Source: Felis catus
Taxonomy: Eukaryota
Length of the DNA stretch: 64,000 nt
NCBI RefSeq assembly: GCF_018350175.1
Contig: NC_058373.1
Span: forward strand, 111,230,001 to 111,294,000
Direction: 5' to 3'
A model generated the notes under the pieces. It did not search any database. It saw nothing but the letters and a program-made list of their open reading frames with translations, and had not been told where the DNA came from. The position numbers and the translations under genes were made by a program. This document shows positions 1 through 12,396 of the stretch, in pieces. Positions within the stretch are counted from its first letter, which is position 1. Each line of letters begins with the position of its first letter.

Positions 1-170
1 CATGCTCTCATGGCTTCGTGGGTTCGAGCCCCGCACGAGGCTCTGCGCTGACAGTGTGGAGCCTGCTGGGATTCTCTCTTTCCCTCTCTCTGCCCCTTCC
101 GCGCTCTCTCTCTCTGTCAGAATAAATAAACTTTGAGGGGGAAAAAAAAGAATTTATAAAAAAAAATAAA
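1..170 (+). mobile_element. Can-SINE (SINEC), 5' part cut by window edge
   Basis: GGGTTCGAGCCC B-box-like motif, GAGCCTGCTGGGATTCTCTCT, CT-rich tract, AATAAA and A-rich tail. Confidence 0.9.
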
Positions 171-399
171 GCAAGAGGAGACTTTTCCTAATTCTGGGGT
201 TGAGATGCAAAACCAACACCCACATTTGGGGATAACAGTGTTGATAGGCTTTTTACCATGTGTCGTTGCTCTCTTTTTGAGGGGAAGAGGACTTGGGTTA
301 ACCTGATAGATACCCAATCGAAAAGATGGTACATTAGTGATATTTATAGTCAGAGCAGCGCACGGTTTAAATTGGTTACTAGATATTTGCATCTTTTAA

Positions 400-640
400 C
401 TACACAGCTAAAATAAGAGAACTACAGGACATTTCAGTCTTAGAACAACAACTAATGTTTGTGGGGCACTTTTTAGGTGCAGGCCCTGCTCAAGGTACTT
501 CATGTTTATTGACTTGTATAAACCCACAAAAATCCCATGAGAAGGTGCTAGGACCACCTTGACTTTAGCGATGGGAACACGAGGCACGGAGATTAAGCTC
601 CAGGTCCCACAGGTAGGATGTGGACTTGAACCCAGATGGA
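400..640. mobile_element. MIR SINE relic
   Basis: Degenerate MIR-like text (AGGCCCTGCTCAAGGTACTT...GAGGCACGGAGATTAAG...GGACTTGAACCCAG). Confidence 0.6.
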
Positions 641-2345
641 TGGCTCCAGAACCCACCTCTTACCTGCACTAGACAACTTCTCTTAGAGCATAAGGGACGA
701 AAAGAAATCAAATAAAACTTAGAATTTCTAGTCACTGTCCGTGGGCAGGGCATGTTGGGTTGGGCCGAAGGCCGTGGTATGCTGGTCAACCCCCCTCAGA
801 AAGCCCTTGTTTCTAACACTTGCCAATGTCCTTGGTGTAAATACTTCTCCCTTGGCTGATTTTAAGACACACCGCGCCGGTAAAATTCCTGAGTGCTTAG
901 CAACTGCATCTCAGGAGTTGGCACGAGCTGGCTCCACCACCCCCGGCTGAAAGTAATTGTTCGTGTCCGTGTGGCACCGCTTGGCCAAGAATGCGTTTTG
1001 CATGAAGTTGGTTCAGTGAAGCCAACCGTGGGCGGGACTCGGCGCGTGCATTCAGGGCTTGGAAATGGTTTCTCCCCTCCGTTTCGCCACCTGCTAACCA
1101 GGGGAGCCAGCCCCTTGCTGCACCCCGGATGACAAGTACGTACATGCTCACCACTCCCCCTGGCCTCCTGAGCATCAAAGACGAAGCTGAAGACCAAAGC
1201 TTCCGGGCAAAGGGAGGCAGTTGCCTGGCTCCTGCTGGAGGAGACTCTGCGGCTGGTTGCCTAAGGGCCTCCTTTCTGAAGCAGAGAGGTGGTGGTGAGA
1301 GGAGAGAAACACCAGGTTAAAGGAGAGGGAAGGGGGCTTCTGAAGCGTTAGAGTTGAGGCGTTAGGGGGAGGCTGGTGAGCTGTGGTCAGTGAGGGCAGA
1401 GCAGAGAGCAGAGCCATCAGGCTAACTGACTGGACAACATTTAGGTTCCTGTCTGGACGGCTCTAGAGACAAAGCCGCAAAGTCAGATGGCTACAGACGC
1501 CGGGCAGATGACTGAGGTGGGCAAATGAGACAAAGCATGAAAAACAGGAGTGGCGGCCACAGTGGTGAACTGTAAGCACACACCCCGCCAAATGACACTG
1601 GCGGGTCGTGGCTTTTTTTGTTTTGCTTGTTAACATCACAGGCCGAACAAAATAGGTCGGTGACCTGGATACGGGCCTCCATTTTGTGAGTTTGGTCAGC
1701 AAGTCTTCCCGGCAAGGTTTAGAAGGCCAGACCCAGAGCGTGGCTTGCCAGGGGCTGAATTCCACCCCCTCCTCGCGTGAGAGGTGGGACACCAGGGGTG
1801 TGAGGGCAGTGGGGTCACCCATCCCGAAGGCAGGCTATCGGGGGTGCATTATTCAGCAAATTCTCAAACAACCATAAAATTAAGATTCAGTCTGTTTTTT
1901 TTTTTTATTGTTCACATGTGCCGGCCAATCTGAACAACGTCAGTGATAAAAATATCCTCCTTGAAAAATTCTTTTGTTGGTCTAAGTTCTACATAATCGC
2001 TCTGGTTGCTGTTGAGTTTCACTAATGTATATGTAAGCTTCAATGAACACATTCAAATAGCTTATCTATTAACAAGCATTGTATTCTACATGGAAGTTAA
2101 TTTGAGAATTAACCCCTGACTCCAGTGAATTCACCCATAAGTGTTTGTTTTCAGAATAAGTACCTAATGATTTGGAACCCTTCAGTTCCAAAGCCTGTGG
2201 AAACACATATTCCTATGTTTAAACCATAAATTCAAAATAAACAATGATAATGCCTGATTGCAAACATGAAGAAACAGACTAAGAGTTAGTAGGATTTTGT
2301 CATTCCATGTGCCCATGCCAGAAGGACTCAAAAGGGCAGTGTTTA

Positions 2346-2469
2346 TTTATTTCTAATTTTCAAACAGTTTTATTTATTTAAGTAATCTCCACACCCAACA
2401 TAGGGCTCGAAATCACGAGCCCGAGACCAGGAGTCACATACTCTTCTGACTGAGCCAGCCAGGCTCCCG
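2346..2469 (-). mobile_element. Short tRNA-derived Can-SINE
   Basis: Minus strand GGGAGCCTGGCTGGCTCAGTCAG...TTCGAGCCC...GAGATTACTTAAATAAATAAA; TSD copies at 2330 and 2470. Confidence 0.85.
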
Positions 2470-2482
2470 AAAAGGGCAATGT

Positions 2483-3005
2483 GTTTTTTTTTTTTTTCAA
2501 TATATGAAGTTTATTGTCAAATTGGTTTCCATACAACACCCAGTGCTCATCCCAAAAGGTGCCCTCCTCAATACCCATCACCCACCCTCCCCTCCCTCCC
2601 ACCCCCCATCAACCCTCAGTTTGTTCTCAGTTTTTAAGAGTCTCTTATGCTTTGGCTCGCTTCCACTCTAACCTCTTTTTTTTTTTTTTCCTTCCCCTCC
2701 CCCAAGGGTTTCTGTTAAGTTTCTCAGGATCCACATAAGAGTAAAACCATATGGTATCTGTCTTTCTCTGTATGGCTTATCTCACTTAGCATCACACTCT
2801 CCAGTTCCATCCACGTTGCTACAAAGGGCCATATTTCATTCTTTCTCATTGCCACGTAGTACTCCATTGTGTATATAAACCACAATTTCTTTATCCATTC
2901 ATCAGTTGATGGACATTTAGGCTCTTTCCATAATTTGGCTATTGTTGAGAGTGCTGCTGTAAACATTGGGGTACAAGTGTCCCTATGCATCAGTACTCCT
3001 GTATC
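2483..3005 (-). mobile_element. 5'-truncated young L1 (felid L1 3' end: ORF2 C-terminus, 3'UTR, poly-A)
   Basis: ORF 2724-2990 (TCTPMFTAALSTIAKLWKEPKCPSTDEWIKKLWFIYTMEYY...) is the L1 ORF2 C-terminus; poly-T at about 2484-2497; TSD AAAAGGGCAATGT at 2470-2482 and 3006-3018. Confidence 0.95.
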
Positions 3006-3717
3006 AAAAGGGCAATGTTTAAATGCCTTGTTTTCAAGGCATTCAAAGAGCTAGATGCTTGTTCTAAAGCAACATATCAAATAATGCCAATATTCACTGT
3101 TACTCAACCATTTTCCCTGATTTTTACAGAAGAAACACCGTAGAAGTTTACCAACTGTAATAAAAATGTATGGTAAATTTTCTGGTGGAGATATTTTAGC
3201 AGAAATTTTTTTACTACGAAGACATTTGAAAGCATCTAAAATTGATCCCAAGAAACAAATACATGGACAGTATTGCAACTTCTAAAGTGAATTGTGACAT
3301 GGGATTTTTAATGAATCTTTGACAAACCTATTGTTATATTTAAGATTTCTATTTATATATTTGTTGATTCATGTAGAAGAAGTTTTTCAAAATGAAAATT
3401 AACCATGAGTGAAGACTGTCTATTGAACAACGAACTGTCCATTGAACATGAATTATGTGAAGATGAGTTTTGACAAAGTCATTAACAAATTTGTAGAGGT
3501 TAAGCCTGGAAAACAGAAACTATTATTCGTTACTGCAACAGACCAATATGTAGGTACGTTTGTTCCAGTTTTTAAAAGTATTGATGTAATTAAAACAGAA
3601 AAATCCATTACTTTTCCTCTTTTTTATATTTTAACATTTATATATTTTTATTGGGATAGATATATATAGGGAGAGGGTTTCCCTCCCATCCCAGTATTTC
3701 ATTTAAAACCTTTTCCA

Positions 3718-3837
3718 GGGGGCTTGGGTGGCTTAGTCAGTTGAGTGTATGACTTGATTTTAGCTCAGTTTATGATCCCAGGGTCATGTGATCAAGCCCT
3801 TCATCAGGCTTCATGCTGAATGTGGACCCTGCTTAAG

Positions 3838-3895
<58 letters not shown>

Positions 3896-3900
3896 AAAAC
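3718..3900 (+). mobile_element. Can-SINE with long (CT)n
   Basis: GGGGGCTTGGGTGGCTTAGTCAGTTGAG head, (CT)n about 3841-3891, AATAAA. Confidence 0.9.
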
Positions 3901-3904
3901 TTAA

Positions 3905-4100
3905 GGGCACCTGGGTGGCTCAGTCAGTTGAGCATCTGACTCTTGGTTTCAGTTCAGGCCAGGATCTCATGGTTTGTGGGTTTGAGCCCTGCATCAGGCT
4001 CTGTGCTGACAGCATGGGCCTGCTTGGAATTCTCTCTCTCTCCCTCTCTCTCTGACCTTCCACTGCCAGCATGCTCTTCCTCTCAAAATAAATAAATGAA
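3905..4100 (+). mobile_element. Can-SINE in tandem with the previous one
   Basis: GGGCACCTGGGTGGCTCAGTCAGTTGAGC head, CT tract, AATAAATAAA tail. Confidence 0.9.
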
Positions 4101-5073
4101 CTTCCATTTAAACACCTTCCATTTACATTTAAAATTAAATTAAAAAAATTAAAAAGACAAAAGCTTTTTCCAATATAGGAATGGTTTTGAGACAACCTGA
4201 TCCCATATTTACTGGCCTGATTGGAGAGTCCATCTTGGCAGCACAGAATGAGATTTGGAGCAACCATGGAAATCCTGGAATTTGCGAGTTTGATCTCATG
4301 GCCAAGGAGGGTGGTCTTGTTCCCACTTGAGAATGAAAATATTGTGAGGGGCTTTCTAGCCACCATTCTAGATAGGTGATATGGGGCTTTCATAGGCACA
4401 ATGCTCTGACGTTGGGCAGAGAGATAGAAGTGACTTTCCTCTCCTGCTGGCTCCTGGCCCTTAGCCAGACCATGTCACTGTTGGCTCCATCATGGTTGTC
4501 TTTGCAGAATTTGGAAGTGGAGACTGGCCAGCCTGATGAAGGGGCAGAGTGAAGACAGCGAGGATCACCCTTAAATCAGCCCTATTGTGGCCAGCCCTAA
4601 ATGGGCAGAGAGGGTGGCATTCTCCGAGGAATAATTGGCAAGGTCACTGGCCCAGATCGGGCCCTCTTCTCCCCCATAAGTCGTGAAATTCTCACTGTCG
4701 AGGTATTATTCCTCCTCCTCCTGTTACTAATACCACCATTTTACTCTGCTTCCTAGATATTCTTGTGAATGCACAAAAGTGCCACCTGGAAGAACTACCA
4801 CATTCACCCTCAAAATGACAAGGAAGACCAGCTCCTGGTCACTCAGACCAGTCTAGTCACTCAGGGCCCTGGAGGCCAGAGATGCAGAGCAGGGATGTGT
4901 TTACGAGGAGTCTTAGGCACAGAGAGGTCTGGGACGGGAGGGAGAGAAGGGGAGGAGGGGAAGGTCTGGACTGCCAGCACTGGAGGGGGGCCCGGTGCCC
5001 AGGGATGTGACAGGCGGTGGTATTAGTCCTCACCACTTTGCCTGGTTCGGTTCAGGGGTCTAAAATCGTCGTG

Positions 5074-5427
5074 TGTCAGGCAGAGAGGGCGGTGGCACGG
5101 AGACACTCCAAAGGCAACTGATTTCTTCTTGGAAGCTGTTAAGGTTATTGATTTAAGTCATGACAGGCTCAAGGGCACTAAGAGATTCTTTCAAAAGGAA
5201 ATAAAACTGCTTCTCCAGGTGAGTATTGCTTTTTATTTAGGCAGGGGTCTAAATCTATTGAGGTGAAAGCGACTGGGTCTCACCTCTGGAGCAATCTGGG
5301 GAGACCTATAAAGTTTATTGATTGGACTTACTTAACTTACACTGGCTAATAATAAAACAACTAGACCCATCAATCAGTCCCCAGGCCCTCCAAGAAAATG
5401 ATTACAGGGTGGATTGATTCCTCCTCA
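5074..5427 (-). mobile_element. Possible old solo LTR
   Basis: TG...CA ends; CCAAT-, TATA-like and AATAA-like motifs in LTR order on the minus strand; no TSD found. Confidence 0.35.
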
Positions 5428-6214
5428 GAGATGGCAGTTTACGGGGAAAACACTGAGGGGGTGGGGACAATAGATGCTGCGCAATGACATCCTAGGGCAG
5501 CACATTGGGGAGGCCACTTCTTGCCCAGGTGAGGGTCCTAGAGGAGGGCCAAGAGTTCTCTGGGAATAGGCTGCTGTGACCTCTCTGGACAGCAAAGAGT
5601 TAGCCTCATCAGGAAGGTAATGGGAAGCTGCCAGATTCATGACTGCCAGGTAAGAAAGGGCAAGAAAGTGAGGATATTGACACGGGGCAAGGAAGGAGGG
5701 GTATATGGTGAGGGGCAGACAGCCAAGATAACTGAGATTCCAACACCCCAGTCTTCAAGTCTGGAGCAGGGCCCTCTCAAAGGCATGCTGCTGGCCTGCC
5801 ATTGAGCCAACAGGAAGGATCTGGAGGAAGAGGAGTTACTCAATCCTACTCAACAGGTACTTCTCTTGCCTTGAAAAGTAAGACATGTCCTTGCCTGTGG
5901 TTATATGCATTCTTGTTGGGGAGAAAAGATGTTCCCACTTGAATGAGATAATGACCTGAGACCTTGGGTGATAAAATGCCAAGTCACTGGCACACATTCT
6001 ACTTGCTAGGGGAATTCAGGGAGAGAGGTGTTCTGTGAAGGCTGGACGGTTGGGGAGGATCTCAGAGGGAATGTGAGACTTGAACTAGGCTTCCCCAGTT
6101 CAAGAAGAGCAGAGGACAGTTGGATGAGTAAATCCATCCTCTACAAATGTAGCATCCACTGCTAATCGGGCAGAGACGTACATAAGGACTGTGCAATAAT
6201 ATATACAGTAGTTA

Positions 6215-6440
6215 AATGTGACAGCTCTGGAGTCCATGTTTGGCTTCCAGCCTGGCTTCCACCAATGACTATCCACATGGGCAAATAACATTTACAAGTC
6301 TGAGCCTCCTCGTCTATAAAATGGGGATACTACTACCATTTGCATGGTAAAGCAGTTGTAAAGATTATACAAGGATAATGTTTGTAAAACACTTAACATA
6401 AAGCCTGGAGATTAGAAAACATCCAGTAAATGATGGTCGC
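6215..6440. mobile_element. MIR relic
   Basis: CTGAGCCTCCTCGTCTATAAAATGGGGATAC...TGTAAAACACTTAACATAAAGCCTGG core. Confidence 0.7.
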
Positions 6441-8639
6441 TGCCATTCTTCTTCTTATTAGTGATGGAGGTATTATTAAAGGTAGGCAGTATTCAGACTA
6501 CCACGAGGTTCTGGACACTCCCCACCCCAGTCCTGGGTGTTTCTGCAAGCCCACATTAGCCTCTTTGAATTGCATGTACCTAGAACCTAAAGGGCAGGGA
6601 GGGAAGGTCCAGGAGCTCACTGAGGGGTTGAACAATGGCGTACCACAGCCAGCAGCCAGCTAGTTGAGCACCTGCAGGGCAGAGATAAGTGATCCCCGAA
6701 CTTTTACAGGGCCTCCCCCAAAGGCACCATTGGAGAGCCAGCAGGGATGTAATGAGGAGAGAACTCAGCCCTGAGTTTTGAATTTAAAGTGGCGGGGAGA
6801 ATAAATAGGTTGAAGAAACTGCGAGAAGACTATCCTTTGGGGACCCAACAGAGACGTATCTAGAAGTGCTGGCTCCCCGCAGCAACAATTATATAAAGGG
6901 ACTCCTAACACTGTGAAATGAAAAATAAACCAATCTCCAGTGCAATACCAGAGTGCCTCGGGTGATGCTTACAAACACCTTCAGAGCTGGGAAAAGGAGC
7001 ACGGGTTCCTCACTTACCTTCTAGCTCATTCTCCTTTGCTTTCCCCCGTGCAGCCAAAGGTTCCAGGACTAATAAGTCCTCAGAATGGGGGGGAGGGGGG
7101 GAAGGATATGGAACTTCCATAAACAGTACTTACAGCAAGTTGGTAGGGATTAGGCAGGATCTCTCAGAAATCAAGAAATACATGGGCTACTTTCATTTTT
7201 AAAAGCTCCCGGTATATTTTAAAAAGAATGTCAAAACAGAATCACAAAAATTATGATTTTTTGGGAAACTCTGCATTGAATACATTGGTATAATTTAATG
7301 CCCAAGGCACTGAGTTATTCACAAGATAATTATAGGAGTTTTGAAAAATATCAACTTATAATGTACTGCAGGCAGTCTGACTTGGTAGTGGGGATACATG
7401 TTTTAGCCGTAGAAAGACTGGCATCTTCCTCAATGCTGTTGTCAGTGTGGCCCTGAGACTGTACATAGAACCTCACTCGGAGATGAGTCAAAATATTAAT
7501 TTTGAGGCCTTTGGTTGGCCTGGGATGAATGGAATAAATGGTTTCCTCAACATAACACACTGCCCCCTCCCCCCACAATGGTAGCCCCGGGTGGAGCGGA
7601 AGTAAATAGTTTATATAAGTTAACATTTTATGAAGACTCAGGAGTCTTAGATAATATTTAATAAAGACTGCTTGCTTTGTGACTTAGCGAAGTATTAAAG
7701 AAGGGATTATTATGGCTTCTGGGACAGCATTCTGGGGGACCTCTTTGCCTTTAGGGCCCAAGTTTCATGAAAGCATTGCCAGTGAGATTCAGTTATATAC
7801 ATGTGTCTCCACAAAAAACCTAAAAAGACCGAGGTAAAATGCCGAAGGAAGGGAAATCGTCCTCCTTTACCAATGTATGTGCATGAGACACCTCCCATGA
7901 GACACTTCCAAGGTTTAGGTCTCTCCTGTCCCTTATTCCATCTGTATCCAGTTCTGTGGGGTGCCAGCCAGTTCGCACAGGTGCAGTTGACCCTGACCCA
8001 CCTCAGGTGCACTTTTTGTACCCCTTGCTTTCTGCCTTTGGGCCTCTGAGTGTCGTTATGGTGGGGCCCCCCTAGAAGCTTATGTGTCACTCACACACGG
8101 GCAAGGTAGACAACCATGCAAAGAACCTTTGCCCGGTGGTATGAGGACAATGGAGAGCTGCTGTCTTCTTTCCTCCCCCCTGGGTTGGTGCTGAGACACC
8201 TTTCAGACAGCAATGCCATGACCTCCTGGGATTGTACACACAGATGCCTGTAGACATGGCCACCTCCATAACATAGTTCTGTACTGATTCTTTTCTTCTT
8301 CCTTCTTCACTCCGCCTCACCTCCTCTCCTTTGCTCCTTTGATCACGTTCCCAGGAAGGAATTTGCACTTAGGCCTCTGTCCTGGACTCTGCTCTTTGCA
8401 AGCCGAAAACCCTTTTCATAAGAACTGTTCCTGTGTGATCTTCCTTTTACTGTTTCTTGCAATTGATTTTTTGAACCTAAACGTGAGATTTGACATGGAG
8501 ATTTGTTACATGCCATCTATTGAAATGTGTCTTAATTCTGATTTTGTCATTTTACAATGTTAGCTGTCCTTCTTCGCCTTGAGTCATCCATAAATTTTTT
8601 CATAAAACTTGTTGGCTGTTAAAAAAAAAAGCCATCGGG

Positions 8640-9450
8640 GACCAACCTCTGTAACCTCATCTCATGCTTCGCTCTTCTTGGTAACTACCCTCCTGCAGCT
8701 TCACCTCCTACAACTGTACAAATGGGCCAAGTTCTTCCTCCTCCAGGTCTCGCATTTGCCGTTCTTTCTGCTTAGAATCCTCTTCCCTCAGGCTCTTCAC
8801 ATGGACATGTGTCACACTTCAGGACTCAGCCTAAGTGTCACTTCTCAAAGAGAACTTCTAGGACTGCTGTCTTTCAGTCATGGCCTTTATCCCAAACCAT
8901 GGGTACCATAGATCCATTTTTTTTTTTTTAAATTGTTCATTGCCCTAATTAGAATGAAATCTCTAGAAAGGCAGGGATGTTGCCTGTTTTCTTCTCTGCT
9001 GTGTCCCCAGCACCTAAGTAGATTCTCACACTTGTCCACTAGATCCCATTCCATCTCACCTCCTCAAGGACACTTCACCGATTCTCCCTCCTCTCTCCTG
9101 TGTCAGTATCCCCCCGCCCCCCTTTGCTGGATCATTCCCATCAGCAGACAGACATGCTATAATTTCGCCTGTCTGAAAAAGCAAATAAATAAATAAGTAA
9201 AAATGATAGCAAAAATAAAGAAAGAGCAACAGCTAAAAAAAAAAAAAAAACCCTCTTGGCATGCATCCACTTACATATTTTGTTTGTGGTCTGTCTCCTC
9301 TACTAGATGAGAAGCTGTATGAGGAAAGGATTTTTTGTTTGCTTGTTTTGTTTATTGTGATATCCCTAGTGCCTCAAAAGTGCCTGGCACATAGTAGGCA
9401 TTCAGTAAAAATTGTTGGGTGAATGAATAATTTTGCAGATTGAATGAATA
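8640..9450. mobile_element. L2 LINE relics
   Basis: L2 3' end motif GTGCCTGGCACATAGTAGGCATTCAGTAAAAATTGTTGGGTGAATGAAT. Confidence 0.7.
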
Positions 9451-10560
9451 AACTTTCTTTTTTTAATTAACAGAGAAAAAAAATCCATCTGTATCTTGAG
9501 CAATGTCTAACTAACTGAAAAGATCAACATTCAGCTAAGAAAGCAACTATATGTCAGGTAGCTTTGCAGGGATAGATGGTGGCTATCTGACTGTAAGTGA
9601 TGTGAGGAAGAATTCTCTTCCACTCTCTGGTGCAGTTTAATGGAGAAAGGAAAATCAGTGGTGGACCCCTCTGCATTTAGAGAATGGCCTTGCCCTAAGG
9701 ATGGAAAAATTGAGGTCTAGAGGTAGTAACTTCTCCCAAACTGTGTTCTCCCCTCTAATGGGATAGAGCATAATCCTTCAACAAACACATGCGGAAAACT
9801 AACAATAAAAGAGTTCTTCCACTTGCTTACAAACGGGGCACCCTGGATTGCTTCCTGGTACGTTGGCGTGCGATAATAGGGCCTGCCAGGAGATGGCGAC
9901 GTGCCTTTCTTTCCAGGAGGGCTACACTCTAGGCAGGTGCTGAAGGGCAGAGAACTGGGGACCTGGCCAGGTCAGCTGGCTTGTCAACCAGGGGCCCCGA
10001 GGCAGGAGAGCCCCCCAAACAGGGTTCTGCCTCAGAAGACCTCATTCTTGTTGGCTTGGTCCCCATGAGTAAAATAGTCGTTGCTGAAAAAGGTACATTT
10101 TTAAGGCTTCAGATGCCAGAGCAACTAGGAATCCAGGACGGTTGGCAGGTCCACAGTCAGGAAATTTATCTCAAATTCAGGGAGTTTGAAAATCTAGGAC
10201 AGCTCCTTGGCAACCCAGTACTGACAGTCCTTTTGTTCGACTTTTCTTAGGCTTAGACAACAGCCTCCGAGAGCCAACCAGATTTCCTCCAAGACGAAGA
10301 CCCACCCTGGCCAGCATTCTACCACAGGAATGATTAATCTGGGCTTTGGGGTCCACCAACCCCTGTAAGTGGGTGTAAAACTGTATTCGAGGGTTGAAGG
10401 TGGGGGGTGTGCTGATAGATATTTACAGTTCCTAGAGAGAAAGCCCATTGTTTTCATCTGTCTCTCAGAGAGCTCCATGGTTCAAAAACTAATGCTAAAA
10501 CTAAAAAACTACTCTAAAAAACTGCAGCTTTCCCTCCTAGAAGCCCCACTGTTTTGTGTG

Positions 10561-10681
10561 TTTTTTTTTTTTTTTTTTTTTTTTTTTAAGTAGGCTCCAC
10601 ACCCAACGTGGTGCTTGAACTCAGGACCTTGAGATTCGGAGTCACATGCTCTGGTCTACTGACTAAGCCAGCCGGGTGCCC
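10561..10681 (-). mobile_element. Short Can-SINE with poly-A tail
   Basis: Poly-T 10561-10587 followed by reverse tRNA-like head ending GCCAGCCGGGTGCCC. Confidence 0.85.
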
Positions 10682-10749
10682 TGACGCTCCACTGATTCTT
10701 TACCCCAGTGAGGCCCCTGAGAGACTCCCCTTCTCACTTTTTTGGCAAG

Positions 10750-11375
10750 AGGCATACCAGTCAGGGACCGGCCAGGAGAGGGAAACGTTGTCAGGTATTT
10801 GAACAGAGAAGGTAGTATAACAGTTGTTCAGTAGGAGCGAAGTTATTAACTTGGCAACTGAAAGTCAAAACCAGGACACTAGGGTGTCACGGAGGTAGGA
10901 ACTGCAGAAAGCAGCCGCTGTCTGAGGGGCTAGGTGTGAGGGCAGGTGGGAATTATTAAAAACTTAGCAACCTGAAACCCAGACTTTGAGGAGAAGGCAC
11001 GGCTGGCTGGGCTGGCACCTCTGAGCTGGAGAGGGGCCCGTGGGGACCTGGGGTCTCCGGGGAGAGGCAAGTGTAATGAAGCTCGTGAGGTAAGCGTTGG
11101 AAAAACCGCACTGTGTGCAAAGTGCTGGGAACTGCCAGTGCCGGGGTGGAGAGGTGACATCAGAGTGACCACCAAGGAACAGGCACCCTACGGGATGCAG
11201 AGAGGAAGGAACGCATTCTTTCTTTCTTCTCCAGCTTTGCTGTCTCCCTCTGGTGCTTCCCATCCAAGAGCTAACAGGGAGCCCGCAGGGAAGCCCGCAG
11301 TGTGGTTTGCAGAGTCTGAACTGCACGCGGCTGAGCCCGGAAGGGCAGGTTTGGATCTGAGAGACGGTAAGTTCT
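10750..11375. mobile_element. Ancient LTR (LTR78/LTR79-like, recalled)
   Basis: CAGTCAGGGACCGGCCAGGAGAGGGAAAC...TATTTGAACAGAGAA start and GGTTTGGATCTGAGAGAC end. Confidence 0.45.
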
Positions 11376-12396
11376 AAAGGTCTCCTAAAACATTTTGTTT
11401 GTTGTAGTATTCACAGGCATCATCCAAGCTGTTCATCCCAAGAGATTCAAACTCTTAATAGATTCATCCTTGGGTGGTCTCTGGGGGCACATATAGCGGA
11501 TTTTTGGACCGTGGTCGTGCAGCAACGGGAGCAGTGGTGGCTCTCACCATTTATAATCTCTGGTCAGGATGGGTTTCTAAATCGGATGGGGACCAATGGT
11601 ACTTCTTGATCATAGCCCCATGGCGACTGTGGGCACTGGCCTATTTATGTGGTTGGTGTCACCTCTCCAGTGATGTTTTCTGGGGTTCTGAACCAGAGTC
11701 CAACTCACAAACAACCACCCACTCTTTCCTTGGGCACTAGGAAATCGCCCAACATTGAAAACATGACTCATGGAGTGTAATCAAAGCAAATTTGTTTCGG
11801 TCTCCCACTGTCCATTCTCATCCATTCAGGGGAATGAGCTCTTCCCCTGCACCAGATAAAATTTAGGGCGAGCCCCATGACTTTCTAGTCACACTTAGTA
11901 ATACCCAAGATTCCTCTAGTCACTTCAAAATGTATAGTCAAAATTTAATGGTTGAAATATTCTTGCCTTAAAATTGAAGCTCCCTTTCCTGTCCCACCTC
12001 AGGATTATTGAAAGATGGAGAGAAAGGGGGCTAAGTATACTTACTAAGTATGAGTCCTGACTCTTTCAGGGCTGGAGTTCTGGAATTGAGAGGAGGTAAG
12101 AGGAGTGGGGGAGTTCTTGCTTGATTGGTCTTGGCATAGTGATTTATATCATCTGCTCTCTTTGGACTTGGCAGGTGTTTTTAAGCTGACTCTCACAGAC
12201 TCTTTTGGATGATCTTTACTCCCAATTACTGAGGATCTTTTTCCTAAAGTTTGTTTCATAGGACAAATACTCTATTCCAGCCACTCGCTTACTTCTTCTT
12301 CAGCCTCTGTGAATGTGGTGATACCTCAGGCTTCTCTCTGAGAAGATCTATTTGTCCCCCTGCAGCCCTCTTAGAGCTAAGATAATCTTTCACTGC

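Larger units (their letters stand above)
1790..3690 (+). mobile_element. hAT DNA transposon fossil (Tip100-like), interrupted by a SINE and an L1
   Basis: 3363-3520 reads VDSCRRSFSK*KLTMSEDCLLNNELSIEHELCE, then after a frameshift MSFDKVINKFVEVKPGKQK, resembling the hAT C-terminal dimerisation motif; boundaries approximate. Confidence 0.7.

Noticed and set aside
1584..1620. Hairpin CCCGCCA-N8-TGGCGGG followed by a T run, resembling an intrinsic terminator
   Set aside because: Rho-independent terminators are not meaningful in this genome, and a 7-bp stem is expected by chance.
2724..2990. 88-aa ORF with clear protein-like sequence
   Set aside because: It is the C-terminus of L1 ORF2 in a 5'-truncated insertion, not a host gene.
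7012..7020. Isolated consensus splice donors (minus AAG|GTAAGT here; plus-strand ones near 5219, 44186 and 58103)
   Set aside because: No convincing acceptor plus coding frame; such 9-mers occur by chance in 64 kb.
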